IMG/VR virus record: IMGVR_UViG_3300035698_012962
Coordinates: 72,267 to 136,266 of that record
Direction: 5' to 3' (one strand)
DNA length: 64,000 bases
DNA from: a virus
In this document: positions 45,379-57,022 of the stretch, piece by piece
Numbering within the stretch: position 1 is the stretch's first letter
Layout of the letters: the number at the start of each line of letters is the position of its first letter
Translations under genes and position numbers: made by a program
The notes under the pieces: model-generated
Seen by the model: only the letters and a program-made list of their open reading frames with translations
Told to the model about the DNA's origin: nothing
The model's database searches: none

Positions 45379-45762
45379 TCAATAGAACCCCTTCCATGTT
45401 TCTCCGTATGGAACTGCATAGCCTATTTTTAGTAAGTGTTCCCCTAATGAATCTCCCTCATCAAAATGAATATTATCAGGAATCCATAACCAAGCAATCC
45501 ACCGACCATACTTACCCGTCTTCATAGTGTTGATTATTACATCTTTACCTTTTATAATGGATCGGACATAATCTCCTACAATTAAACCATCTTCACGTTC
45601 ATCACCTCGTAACTCTGGGGTATTAATATCTGCGATACGATAAGAACGATTCATCACAGTCACCGACATCCCCAAATCCGTATCTGCACGGAATGTATCA
45701 CCATCATATACACTAATCACATTTATTCGATAATAATATAAGTTATTTCCTATTTTATTCAT
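45379..45762 (-). CDS. Thermonuclease (SNase)-family protein
   Basis: VYDGDT, RIADINTPE, GKYGRWIA, GYAVPY. Confidence 0.85.
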   Translation of the reverse strand: MNKIGNNLYYYRINVISVYDGDTFRADTDLGMSVTVMNRSYRIADINTPELRGDEREDGLIVGDYVRSIIKGKDVIINTMKTGKYGRWIAWLWIPDNIHFDEGDSLGEHLLKIGYAVPYGETWKGFY

Positions 45763-45818
45763 ACGTATTATTGGTTTAATTTATATTTGATGATAGTAGT
45801 TTACAGAATAGAATCGTA

Positions 45819-46535
45819 TCAATCCCACCAACTCATTGAATGTTCACTCATAATCTTATATAACAAATCTACACAACGTTTTTGATTTGTGGTTGCAATA
45901 TACGTTGCTATTTTCTCTTTATCTAATGGATTGATTGGATCTAAATTCGGATATCTACTTCTTACTAGTTCATACTGAAGTGGATACAAATTAAAATATG
46001 AATCTAAATCTTCCCAAATAGTTTCAAATTCAATCCGTGACATATCAGAATCTTTAATTGGAATTCCCCACATTTTTCTATCCATATAATCCATATGTTC
46101 TAATTCATAATAATCATTATTAATTCTATCAATCAGCTTACATGATACTCTCATCCACTTTACATTTTTATCCCACCCTTCATAATATTTCCTATCCTCA
46201 TGGTAGATAGCCATGTTTTCAATTTTGTGTTTTAACATAATAAACATATAGTGCCGATCCCAATCTCTATCATTCCAAATGATATAGAACCATGATTTGA
46301 TACTTTTCAAACCTCTCCATATTTCTTTATGTTTAAAACTCCAATTATATTCCCAGTGTAAATTCATTCTTCGAAAAAAGTTAGGACGTTTTCTATCTTC
46401 ATCGAAGAACAAAAATCTATCTTCAGTTTCACTCTCTTCATCTATATTCCCAATTGATTTCATATATTTAAATACATAATAAAAATAACCACATAAAAAA
46501 ATAAAAACAAGTGAAGTAATTATATAAAATGTCAT
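45819..46535 (-). CDS. Hypothetical phage protein
   Basis: N-terminal TM, IWNDRDWD and terminal WWD; promoter at 46607. Confidence 0.7.
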   Translation of the reverse strand: MTFYIITSLVFIFLCGYFYYVFKYMKSIGNIDEESETEDRFLFFDEDRKRPNFFRRMNLHWEYNWSFKHKEIWRGLKSIKSWFYIIWNDRDWDRHYMFIMLKHKIENMAIYHEDRKYYEGWDKNVKWMRVSCKLIDRINNDYYELEHMDYMDRKMWGIPIKDSDMSRIEFETIWEDLDSYFNLYPLQYELVRSRYPNLDPINPLDKEKIATYIATTNQKRCVDLLYKIMSEHSMSWWD

Positions 46536-46620
46536 ATCACTTTTTCCTCTTCATATTTTACTATATACAAGCATATGTAATATAGATAATATTTATATCA
46601 AAGTCAATAAACTTCCGGGA

Positions 46621-46962
46621 TTATTTGGTTCCAGTACGGCCAGCCATAATTACAGTGCCAGTTAAAATACTACCAAACGCTAAATGAAATAAACCACCAC
46701 CCATTAAGGTTAACGGTTCATGCGTTCTGGTTAGTGTTTGTACTGTATATAAAGCTACTTCAGTTTCCATTCCCTGTGTAATGTTTACGATTTCTATAAT
46801 GGATGGGCGAGAATATCCTACGAATATTGGTAGAATAACGAAATCAAATAAACATATAAAGAAGTATAAAATTCCGGCAATGCCTTTCCAGCTATCATTA
46901 GAAACTAACCAATCTATAAATGTTCTCATTAATCTTTTCCGTTTTGGAGTTGTATTATTCAT
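46621..46962 (-). CDS. Putative holin (GTA 3TM-holin-like)
   Basis: LYFFICLFDF...PLTLMGGGLFHLAFGSIL; three TATTTATA motifs upstream. Confidence 0.6.
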   Translation of the reverse strand: MNNTTPKRKRLMRTFIDWLVSNDSWKGIAGILYFFICLFDFVILPIFVGYSRPSIIEIVNITQGMETEVALYTVQTLTRTHEPLTLMGGGLFHLAFGSILTGTVIMAGRTGTK

Positions 46963-47152
46963 AACAAACTTTTTACGTGTATATATAAATATTATATTTT
47001 TAAGTTTAACTATAAATAATATTCCGTTTATCGGAAATTAATTAATCCATTCAAATTTCGTTTCTAAGAAGTTATAAATAAATTACACTGTACTTACCTA
47101 ACCTACTGTAGTTGAATCCTCTGTGGTAAAATTTGCCCACTTACAATTGATT

Positions 47153-50100
47153 CTAAGTGTGATATAATAACTTTAATATTTCTTTGATATTATTATTTGC
47201 AGATTCTAAATTTATCTCTCTTCCTTCTTTATTTTTTTCTGTGTGGAAAATCTGGCATAGTAGAACTGCTTCATGAACGTTTTCAACGAGATCTATCAGT
47301 TCGTTATTCTTCTTTTCATTATAGTTTGCAAATATATTAAAGTCTATATAGTCACCTATAGATGGGTGGTTGATTCTAATCTTATTCCACTCTTCTTTTT
47401 GTTTGGTTATATCTTTCATTTTATCTGCCACACTCCAGTTTCTCCTTTATTAGCTAATGAATGTTGTACCCATTCACTTACATTTTTCCATGTTTTATTT
47501 GCGGCTTTACATACGGCAATTGTATCTCCTTTCTTAAAGAAATGATCTTTATTCCAGTACCATTTAATTTCATTATGAAATGTATCACTATTCTCTATAT
47601 TAGGATGGCATAAGTAAGAAGAACCTTCTTCTAATTTTTGTAAAAATTCAGCTTTCATATTATAATGATTCTGTTTTGTGCCGTTCCGTAAAGTAGGCTA
47701 CATTAATTAATGGTATCCATTTACTTTTTCCACTTATGATAAGTCGTAATAATCCACCTTCTGTTTGAAAATGCTCTACATTATCTATGTACTCAGGCGT
47801 AGGTGAATCGGTGTAGTATAAAACTATATCATACGTTCTTTTAACTTTTGATTTCATAATTCGTTATTGTTTAATGTTTTAGGATCAGTTACGGAACCAT
47901 CATCTGGCCACTCAAATGGATATACTCCTCTTGATAGAAGGTACATCAAATCCTCAGTGTATCCTGCTGTATGTGGTAGATGTGTTTTTCTGAAACTTCC
48001 TATACCACCACTGTATAATTTATAAAATGATAGATTCCGAACTTCCTCATCCGTCATATCCTCAATCCTACGTGCGATTAGGGTGCAGTCATCAACGCCT
48101 TTGCTTTCATAAAATGTGCCTAAGTCTATTGTGTGATTTCTCGGATGAATACCAAAAAACACTTCATCTTTCAATCCAAGAATAGTCGATACTTGAACTT
48201 TAAACATCCCATTTGCAAAAAGGTGTGGTACTTCTTTCCAGTTTTTCATTTTCTTATTGGTTTTTAATTCTAGTGTCTTTACAAACTTGCATTAATGTAC
48301 GTTGTACCTGTTCGATTGCATCTGAATCCTTATAGTACCAATTATGTAATGTATCCACCGTGTGGTACGAACCAGTAGGTTTTAATGCCCATCTTTCAAT
48401 ATCAATCAACGATTCTAACATTCGTTCATAATTCTTTGCTATCTTAACATCAACAGGATACGACAGACCATCTATCTCAATATACGATTTTTTAGACGGA
48501 TCGTTTATTTCTATTTTTGGTTTATATATTTTCATACAATATTCGGTTTTGTGTTTTCTACTATCTCCATTGCCTTATGAAAACAAGATAAAATTAAAAG
48601 TTCATTATCCTTAAAAACCTCATTATCAGGTTTGTCCAATGACTTAACATACTTCTTTATTTTCTTTAAAATCATATCCGTTCTATCCTCACTTACTACA
48701 CGAGCATATCCTTTCATAATTGTTATAATTTTTCGTGGAACCAATGGGTATTTTCAATCAGGTCAGCTATTACAAAAATGAGTGATACTGGGCCGGACAG
48801 TCCGGCTGAAATTAACTCCATTATATATTGGATTCGTGTTATATTTGTTGTGTTTCTGTGTACGATTATACCACAGAGTACTCCTATAAAGAGCCAAGTT
48901 GATGTAAGAATATAGATTGTCATAGTGATTGTGTTATTAGATTTATATGAGTTTAAAACCCATAGTGATTTTCAACTTCTGTTTTATATTCTTTACTACT
49001 ATCATTATCAGTTTCAACCAACCGATCAATAATTTCAACTAGCTGATCAACATATACTTCATTGGTTTCAGATACTAAGTTGTAGTGAGAATTTCGAATT
49101 TCAACATTAAACAAATCCGGAACTCTATTATAAGTGATATCGACAATTCCTTTATGTTTGAATCCTTGCACCTTAAAGGTAAGTGCCTTATTAAAAAAAT
49201 TAGTGAAATTATGTGCTCCCCATGACCATACTACTGGCCCAGAAAAGAGATTTGATAATTGTTGAACATCAAATTCATCTTTGTTTTGAACGTATTCGTT
49301 GAATTTTATTTTACTCATTTGTTTGTTGATTAGGTTATCATTAACTCAATACTATAATGTATTAATAATATTTATCAATGTCAAATATATTTATCAATTA
49401 ATTGTTGTAGTTAAAATGTTGCATTACAATTTGAACAAGGGCAAGATATATAACGAACACATGGCTCACCACGATTGGTAATACCTGTTCCATTGCACTT
49501 AGGGCATTGATAATGCATACATTGTTGGTTATCATCCTTACCCATAAATCGTTTTGGAACATTAAATATTTTACTCAATTCATTTATCTGTTCCTTATAA
49601 TCTTCTTGATTGTTATTCCTATTCATTTTTTTCAATTTTTGTATTAATTTTTTATCTTCGTCACTCAATGGAGCCTTAAAAGTTAATGGAACCATAGTCT
49701 CATGTCTTCCATTTAAGAAAAATTCTACTGTTATTTGTACTCTATTCACATATTTTATATAATGAACTCCAATTTCTTGGGTATCCTTTATATCAATTGC
49801 AAAAGTGATTTTATCATCACTATCTAATTTTCTTTCTATTTTCTTTCGTACTTTTTTAAGAAGCTTCTCTAATCCACCATTAAAGGTTTTATGATCTAAA
49901 TCTAAACGATCAAGAACTTTCCATATTATGTGTTTTTTGTCTTTTTGGCTAAGTTCTTTTCTTCTTAATAGTTCTTTAAATTTACTCATATCTAGAACTC
50001 ATAAACTCTACTATATGTTTCATACAATTTTGTTTGATGATCGTTTGTTGGTGTGTATACTCTTCAAACTGTTTACAAATAGATTCCAACTCTTCTATAG

Positions 50101-50802
50101 AATGATTTCCTTTCCCTCTATATATTGGCTTTGATGCTTTATTACCTTTGTAAGAAATCGGTAAGTACATATCATCTGTTTTATATGCATCTGAATTTTT
50201 CATTATATGTAACCTTTATTATCGTTTTTGTATTCTTCTTCTGTAATTTTTATTAGTGGTTGGCGGTGTAATTCTGGATGTCCCATGTTTGGATACCAGC
50301 TTACCAATTCCCCATCTATAAATTTATAACCAACTTCCCATTGGCCTGCATCTCTATAATAAACATCACCTCTTAATCTAAGAGCGGATATATTTAGTTT
50401 TACATATTTAGGTGGTTTCCATGTCCAATAATCCCCTTCTTCTTTGTCAACGGTTTTTACTGGTGTAGTAAGTACTTCACATTTAATATAGAGCCCATAC
50501 TCAAACTCATAGTGGATATCCCCTACTTTTATATCCTCTGTTTTGATATTTCCTTTTGTATGCATATATTATTATTTTTCTAATTGTGCTAATTCAATTT
50601 CAATCCTATTTCTATACCAATTCAGAAAACGGATTACTTGCTTCCTACCAACGGTAAGTGATCTAAAGCGTTTTATCTCAACTGATCGACCCTTTACGTA
50701 ATCATCCAAATACCCTAATTGAACAGAGTATAAATGATAGTATCCATCATCTTCTTTTTGTGCTCGTATTGATAGATCTCCATATGTATAAAAATGATTC
50801 AT
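47153..50802 (-). CDS. Cluster of about 12 small hypothetical early proteins
   Basis: Densely packed co-oriented ORFs; 49411..49989 ends in a Cys cluster. Confidence 0.6.
49328..49384 (-). promoter_or_regulatory. Promoter-leader element, copy 5
   Basis: TTGACA-N17-TACATT...GAGTTAATGATAACCTAATC. Confidence 0.85.
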
Positions 50803-50856
50803 CTATTCCTCATATTTTTCAAGTAAGTTTAAATCTATTTCGTTTTGTTTTGGTTG

Positions 50857-50907
50857 GTTATCATTAACTCACTACAGTAGTGTACGGAAAATTTAAGTGA
50901 AAGTCAA
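50857..50907 (-). promoter_or_regulatory. Promoter-leader element, copy 6
   Basis: TTGACT-N17-TACACT...GAGTTAATGATAACC. Confidence 0.8.
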
Positions 50908-50915
50908 GGATGAAC

Positions 50916-51275
50916 TTAAAATTTTTTCAAAAGGTAATCTATTTTAATTAATAACAATTCAGTGTTGATTGGCTTGACAAGATAATCAATAATCCCCAAC
51001 TCAAATAGTTGAGTTGCCTCCTCTTTATCAAATTTCTTGGATACTACAATGATTGGAATGTCCAAATCATTTTCTTTCATATAGTATAATATCTGTCTTC
51101 CATCTGAAGCATCTAAAATCAAATCCAATACAATTAAGTGAATAGGGTATGTATTTACAATAACGATTATCTCATCAACTGATAATGCAGTAAATATTGT
51201 GTATCCTTTTTTCTCAAGTATCCGTTGGATATAGGTTTGAACAAGTTCTTCATTTTCTGCTATTAAGATATTCAT
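50916..51275 (-). CDS. Stand-alone response-regulator receiver domain
   Basis: ILIAEN, LIVLDLILDASDG, IPIIVVS, G..DYLVKP. Confidence 0.85.
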   Translation of the reverse strand: MNILIAENEELVQTYIQRILEKKGYTIFTALSVDEIIVIVNTYPIHLIVLDLILDASDGRQILYYMKENDLDIPIIVVSKKFDKEEATQLFELGIIDYLVKPINTELLLIKIDYLLKKF

Positions 51276-54200
51276 TCAATGGATTGGAGTTTTACTAACT
51301 GTCTCCTACACGCTTCTAGTCTTGGTTCCACCTCATATAGTTCTGCGAAATATTCTGAGTTGTTGTCAAATGATTCAACAACGTAATGATCTTCCACGCC
51401 TAAAAATATCCGCCAATGTTGGTATATATCTACACCTTTCTCGTTATATAATAGATTGCATAAACCTATATAGCCCTTTTTCCACTTTTCGGTATTTGAT
51501 GATGCTAACCCATTGGTTTCTAAATAGTCTATAGTCCATTGTATAAGTTCTATATGTTCTTCTTTTGATAATTCGCGAAAGTAGATAAGTTTGTTCATCG
51601 TTATTGTTTTTGTTTCCATTTTATTTTAGGGCAATAGTTATCCTTCCAAGAAACATATCTTGTTTGGACTATTTGATATGCTTCTGTTTTATTTACAGTA
51701 GTTAACGCAATTATTAATAGGATCACGAATAATACTAATGCTACACCTAACGTTATACCAACCGCAATTAATACCTCATAAGGATTTAATATAATTTCTA
51801 CTGCTAATGATCCAAAAGCAAATCCTAACAGGATCAGTGTAGCATATGTTAGTACTGATACTACTATGTATATTAAGATTTTAAAAAGGATAGAATGAGT
51901 GTTGATATCATATTGATCGGTGAATTTTTCATAAATAGCTTTTCCTAAAAAACAAGGAATAACTAAAAGTAATCCGATTAATAGTTGCCAAACGTAATCA
52001 CAAAAGTTTTCAGTTGGTTCCTTACCCCACCACCATACATAAAATTTTCTGTGAAATGAATTAGTTAATAGTTCCATAATTATTATTTATTGTTATTGTT
52101 TTTATATCTATATCTTGCAACAATTTTAGCACTCCATAGTGCTACCGATGTTCGAATGAACCCAATAGTTAATACGCCTATTAATCCGTCAAGTAATAAA
52201 CAAAACGCACATAACCATTTTAGTAATTGTAATTTCATATTATTTATTGTTATTGTTTTTCGCCCATATAGCACCTGCTTTAAAGGCTTCGTATTGATAC
52301 TGATATGTTGAACTTACATCATGTTCATGATGGATAATCGCATAATCATCAGCCGCTTTGGCTAAAGATGGCGCAATTGGATATATCGTAATATGATTTT
52401 GTTCGTTCAGATGGATTCTATAATATTCAGGATCATCATATTCCCATGTCGTTGATTGAGTAACCCCTTCGCATTTTAAATACACTTCATCCCCATCAGT
52501 TAAATTACCATCTGCTATATACTGTAATATTGGATCTGAAAATTGCTCAGGTAATGCTAATATTTTTTTAACCCATTTGTTTTTATAATCTTCACTTACT
52601 TTAGAATCCTTTAACTGTAATGTAGATTCGTGATAAATTTTCCCATAAAATGGATTCTTTTTATTTCCATCAACTTCTAAATTTAGATATTTATCACCGA
52701 CTTCTATTTCTTCAGTTTCGGAAACAATCATAGGTTTTACTATATCATTACACCAATCAACGCCTGAAGTGATGGGTTCAGTATATGGTTCTTGAAGAAC
52801 CAACTTTCCTTTAACTACATTTTTACCATTAATAGTTTCTATATTAGTTACTTTAGGTTGATATTTCATGATAGTTTATTAAATTCAATTACGTATTGAT
52901 CGTATAATTCCTGTTTAGCAATAGCGTGAACATTTGAACCAAAAAATTTCATTCCCATTCCACCGTTCCCATCTCCGTTTGGAGCTTCTGGCTCATCACC
53001 GAATTCAACGATATCCATATAAAGTGCATCTGCATCTTTCGCGCTTGATCGGAAAAATCCTGCAATTCCACTACCTGAAAATCTTATTCGTACATATAAG
53101 TTTTCAATTGGTAAGGGATTGAGGTCAGTAATCGGTTCCAACTGCTCTTCCGTATGAATGATTACGCCTGCTTTCTCCAATGTATTTAAGATAAAGGTTC
53201 GATCTAAACTTCCCATATTTTTCCACACAATAGGATTACTAGCGATTCTTATTAAACCCTCAATCATATCTGGTACAGCGGATATGGCTTTTATATCATG
53301 TTCGTTGCCATGAAATTCCGTTCCACTACCTTGCGGGTGACTTAGTACATCACCAATGTTAAAATGCCCATCAGGTATATAACCTTCAAATTCGTAGTTT
53401 TTCGTTATGTTCGGTTTTTTCATATTTACCAACTATTAACGAATCTTATAAATTTCACATCCTTTGGAAGTTTTGAAACGTCAACCTCATATCCCTTTGA
53501 AGATTCATTACCCCACTCTTTACATGCATCACCCAACTTTACTTCCATTACTGGTTTATCACCGGGTTCTTCATATTCAAAGAAATCAAAAACTTCATCA
53601 GGAATAGAAACATCTGCTCCCTCACAAGTTTCCCAAATCTCTTTCATCTTATTCCATTTGTCGTCTGGTGGTTTAAATCCCACTACATATGTACTCATTC
53701 CCATAATCTATTTTGTTTTATTATATTAAAATTCAATTCGTAAGTTTTTTGAGTGTTTTTTCTGATGCCGTGATTGTATATGTTATCTGTGATCGCTCAC
53801 GTTCATTAAAATCTTCAGATAGAACTGTGTTACAGTTTTCTAATTGGAGTTTTGTCATTACTAACATATCAATTAATTCCCTAACATTCTCGGCTTCCTC
53901 TTTATATATAAACCCAAACTTAGGATTATCATCAACGAGTACAACCCAATCTCCATGTTCATGCTTTACTTCTGTTTTCATATATCAACTCCTTGTTTTT
54001 TAAGTATCGTTTCAATTTCACTCCGTACAAAACCACCTATGCCGTCTAAATAAGCATACGTTTCAATTAATGTATCCGTGATTTCTTTTTGATTAGATTC
54101 TAAGTGATTCACCCAATCAATGAGTTTGTAATACTCATCTAATGCTAATCCTTTTTGGTAAGAGTTAAGGACCCAACCAGCCATTTGTGCTTTTAAATTT

Positions 54201-55549
54201 TCTATCTCAGGCTTTTTCATAACTCAACATCCACATCTACCATATACCATTTATCACCATAGTACACTTCAATCTCAAATTCATCTGGGTGGTGTTCTCT
54301 AGCAGTAGTATCTCCATATGGATGATCAGTATAACCACCTCCTACTTGCTCCACACTTGCATCCAATTTAAATTCAGTAGGTATATGGGTGATTACCCAT
54401 TCTTCAAATCCATTATCACAGAGCCATTCAATCTGCTCCCATGTTCTTTCCAACGCTCCGATTCTGTTAAGGAACCAAACGTGATTTTCGTTATCAGTTG
54501 TAAATAAAATTTCTCTCATTTTTACCTGTTTTTTATTTGTTTTATATATTCATTGATTTCAGTTTCATCTGTAATTCGCTCAGTACGACTTGGCTTCGCA
54601 CCATAATATTCTTCATAAAAGAAATACTCACCGTTTTCTATTTCATACCAAACATCTCTATATGTGTAGTCACCACCGTATGTATCAACAACTTGCCCTT
54701 CTTCTATATAGTTCATTTTATCTCTGGTGAGTAGTTGTTTCGTATCCAATCTTTAACCGCTTCAAATGCTTTAACTGTTTCGGTTTGGTCTGAAGTTGGT
54801 ACGAATCTATACCATTGTATTCAATCATAAAATTCTTGATCATCTAATCGTTTATTTGCTTTTTCTAATTCTTTATTCATAATGCTGTTGAATTATTTGA
54901 ATGATCGTATATATGGTTTTTTCATTTCCCTTCTGATATCACCTATTCTATTATTCATGTCATCAATAGTTTCAGTTCTGATGTGTTCAAGATTTTGTTT
55001 GATGGTTTTCTTTTCACCATCTGTTAGGTCACCAAAGCAACCCCATGAATCTAATAGGTCAAATGTTCTTTCTACTTGTAGTTGTGAATTTGTCATTTTT
55101 CGTTTGATTAGTAGTTACTGATTTCTGCGATCATCTCTTTTGCGTTCTTACGTGCTACGGAAGTATCGTATTGATTTGGATAGTGATTTTTCAAATATCT
55201 CATCACATCTCTTACAGTTACTTTAGATGATTCCGCGATGGCTTGTCTGATTTTCATTTCGGAGAGTTGTTCTTTTTTATTATTCATAACTACTTGGATT
55301 AGGTTATCATTAACTCAACACTTATAATGTAGTGATTAATTTACTTAATGTCAAGTTCCTTATTTAATTTTCTTGTTCATATCCAACCCATTCATACGCC
55401 CGTTCTCTTAGTAACTCTGGATGTTGGTTCGGATGTCTACCTACTAAGATTCCAAACAGTTCATTTGCATCTTCTTCGTTGTCGTGATCCATCTCCCATG
55501 AACGGAAGTTTGCTTTTAAATCATCAGTAAAATGTGATTGTGTTTTCAT
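51272..55549 (-). CDS. Cluster of about 13 small hypothetical early proteins
   Basis: Co-oriented ORFs with overlapping start/stop codons. Confidence 0.6.
52081..52260. repeat. 23-bp direct repeat (52081-52103, 52238-52260) flanking a small membrane gene
   Basis: tattatttattgttattgttttt twice; both adjacent genes end KNNNNK*. Confidence 0.9.
54713..54880 (-). pseudogene. Small gene with in-frame TGA at 54821-54823
   Basis: MNKELEKANKRLDDQEFYD*IQWYRFVP...AFEAVKDWIR...IK*; final TGA overlaps ATG 54716. Confidence 0.6.
55294..55379. repeat. 86-bp direct repeat A (promoter-leader copy 7 plus EQEN* gene end)
   Basis: Identical to 56937-57022. Confidence 0.95.
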
Positions 55550-55594
55550 AATTGTTTTATTTAAGTGAATCCTGTTTTGAAATTGGTTTTTACT

Positions 55595-56209
55595 TTAGAA
55601 TAATTTGCTATTGTCGAATCCTATTTCTTCATTGTCTCCTATTACGACACCATCTCCGATTTTGGAATTGTATCCTATTTCGGTATAATCTCCTATTACG
55701 ACACCATCCCCTATTTCGCTATAGGCTCCTATTTCTGAATCGTCTCCTATTACGACACCATCCCCTATTTCGCTATAGGCTCCTATTTCTGAATCGTCTC
55801 CTATTTTCGAGTGACCTCCTATTAAGGCATTGGTTCCTATTTCGCTATAGGCTCCTATTGTGGAACCGTATCCTATTGTGGAACCGTAGCCTATTTTGGC
55901 ATTATCTCCTATTTTCGAGCGCCATCCTATTTTCGAGCGGCATCCTATTTTCGAGCGCCATCCTATTTTCGAATTATCTCCTATTACGACACCATCTCCG
56001 ATTTCGCTATAGGCTCCTATTTTAACATTGGCTCCTATTGCGGTATATTTTCCTATTTCTGCATTGTCTCCTATTTTAACATGATTTTCAATTACGACCC
56101 CATAATATATTTTTATATTCCTTTCTTGGAACTCCTCTTTCAATTCAGATAAGTCATTGTATTTGAAAGAAGTCCATTCATCTTTAGTTTTCAGGTATAA
56201 TGTTTTCAT
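55595..56209 (-). CDS. Hexapeptide-repeat (left-handed beta-helix) protein, paralogue 1
   Basis: Tandem IGxxxx repeats after MKTLYLKTKDEWTSFKY. Confidence 0.85.
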   Translation of the reverse strand: MKTLYLKTKDEWTSFKYNDLSELKEEFQERNIKIYYGVVIENHVKIGDNAEIGKYTAIGANVKIGAYSEIGDGVVIGDNSKIGWRSKIGCRSKIGWRSKIGDNAKIGYGSTIGYGSTIGAYSEIGTNALIGGHSKIGDDSEIGAYSEIGDGVVIGDDSEIGAYSEIGDGVVIGDYTEIGYNSKIGDGVVIGDNEEIGFDNSKLF

Positions 56210-56216
56210 AATTGTT

Positions 56217-56930
56217 TTATTTAAGTGAATTTTCTAATTCCGAATTGGGTTCTATTTCTGCATTGGTTCCTATTTCGGCTCTGTCTCCTATTGTGGAACC
56301 GTATCCTATTGTGGAACCGTAGCCTATTTCGCTATAGGCTCCTATTTCTGAATCGTCTCCTATTTTAACATTGGCTCCTATTGCGGTATATTTTCCTATT
56401 AAGGCATTATCTCCTATTTTAACATAGGCCCCTATTAAGGCATTGGTTCCTATTTCGCTATAGGCTCCTATTGTGGAACCGTATCCTATTGTGGAACCGT
56501 AGCCTATTTTGGCTCTATCTCCTATTTTCGAGTGACCTCCTATTTCGGCACCATCCCCTATTTCGCTATAGGCTCCTATTTCTGAATCGTCTCCTATTAC
56601 GACATATCTTCCTATTTCTGAATCGTCTCCTATTTTCGAATTAAATCCTATTTTAACATAGTCCCCTATTAAGGCATTATCTCCTATTTTAACATTGGCT
56701 CCTATTGCAGTATATTTTCCTATTTCTGCATTGTCTCCTATTTTAACATTGGCTCCTATTGCGGTATATTTTCCTATTTCTGCATTGTCTCCTATTTTAA
56801 CATGATTTTCAATTACGACCCTGTAATCTATTTTTATATTCCTTTCTTGGAACTCATCTTCCAGTTCAGATAACTCATTGTATTTGAAAGAAGTCCATTC
56901 ATCTTTGGTTTTTAAGTAAATTGTTTTCAT
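56217..56930 (-). CDS. Hexapeptide-repeat protein, paralogue 2
   Basis: Near-identical N-terminus; different repeat order; ends EPNSELENSLK. Confidence 0.85.
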   Translation of the reverse strand: MKTIYLKTKDEWTSFKYNELSELEDEFQERNIKIDYRVVIENHVKIGDNAEIGKYTAIGANVKIGDNAEIGKYTAIGANVKIGDNALIGDYVKIGFNSKIGDDSEIGRYVVIGDDSEIGAYSEIGDGAEIGGHSKIGDRAKIGYGSTIGYGSTIGAYSEIGTNALIGAYVKIGDNALIGKYTAIGANVKIGDDSEIGAYSEIGYGSTIGYGSTIGDRAEIGTNAEIEPNSELENSLK

Positions 56931-56936
56931 TTTGAT

Positions 56937-57022
56937 TTGGATTAGGTTATCATTAACTCAACACTTATAATGTAGTGATTAATTTACTTAATGTCAAGTT
57001 CCTTATTTAATTTTCTTGTTCA
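56937..57022. repeat. 86-bp direct repeat B (promoter-leader copy 8 plus EQEN* gene end)
   Basis: Identical to 55294-55379; supplies the last codons of the R-M gene. Confidence 0.95.

Noticed and set aside
41713-54823. TGA reassignment or selenocysteine suggested by two in-frame TGA codons
   Set aside because: TGA is the normal stop of many genes, often in ATGA overlaps; a TAA interruption also occurs; long genes are open in the standard code
26166-57022. Dispersed repeat as CRISPR repeats or IS ends
   Set aside because: Copies are single, irregularly spaced, co-oriented and carry promoter consensus; no transposase
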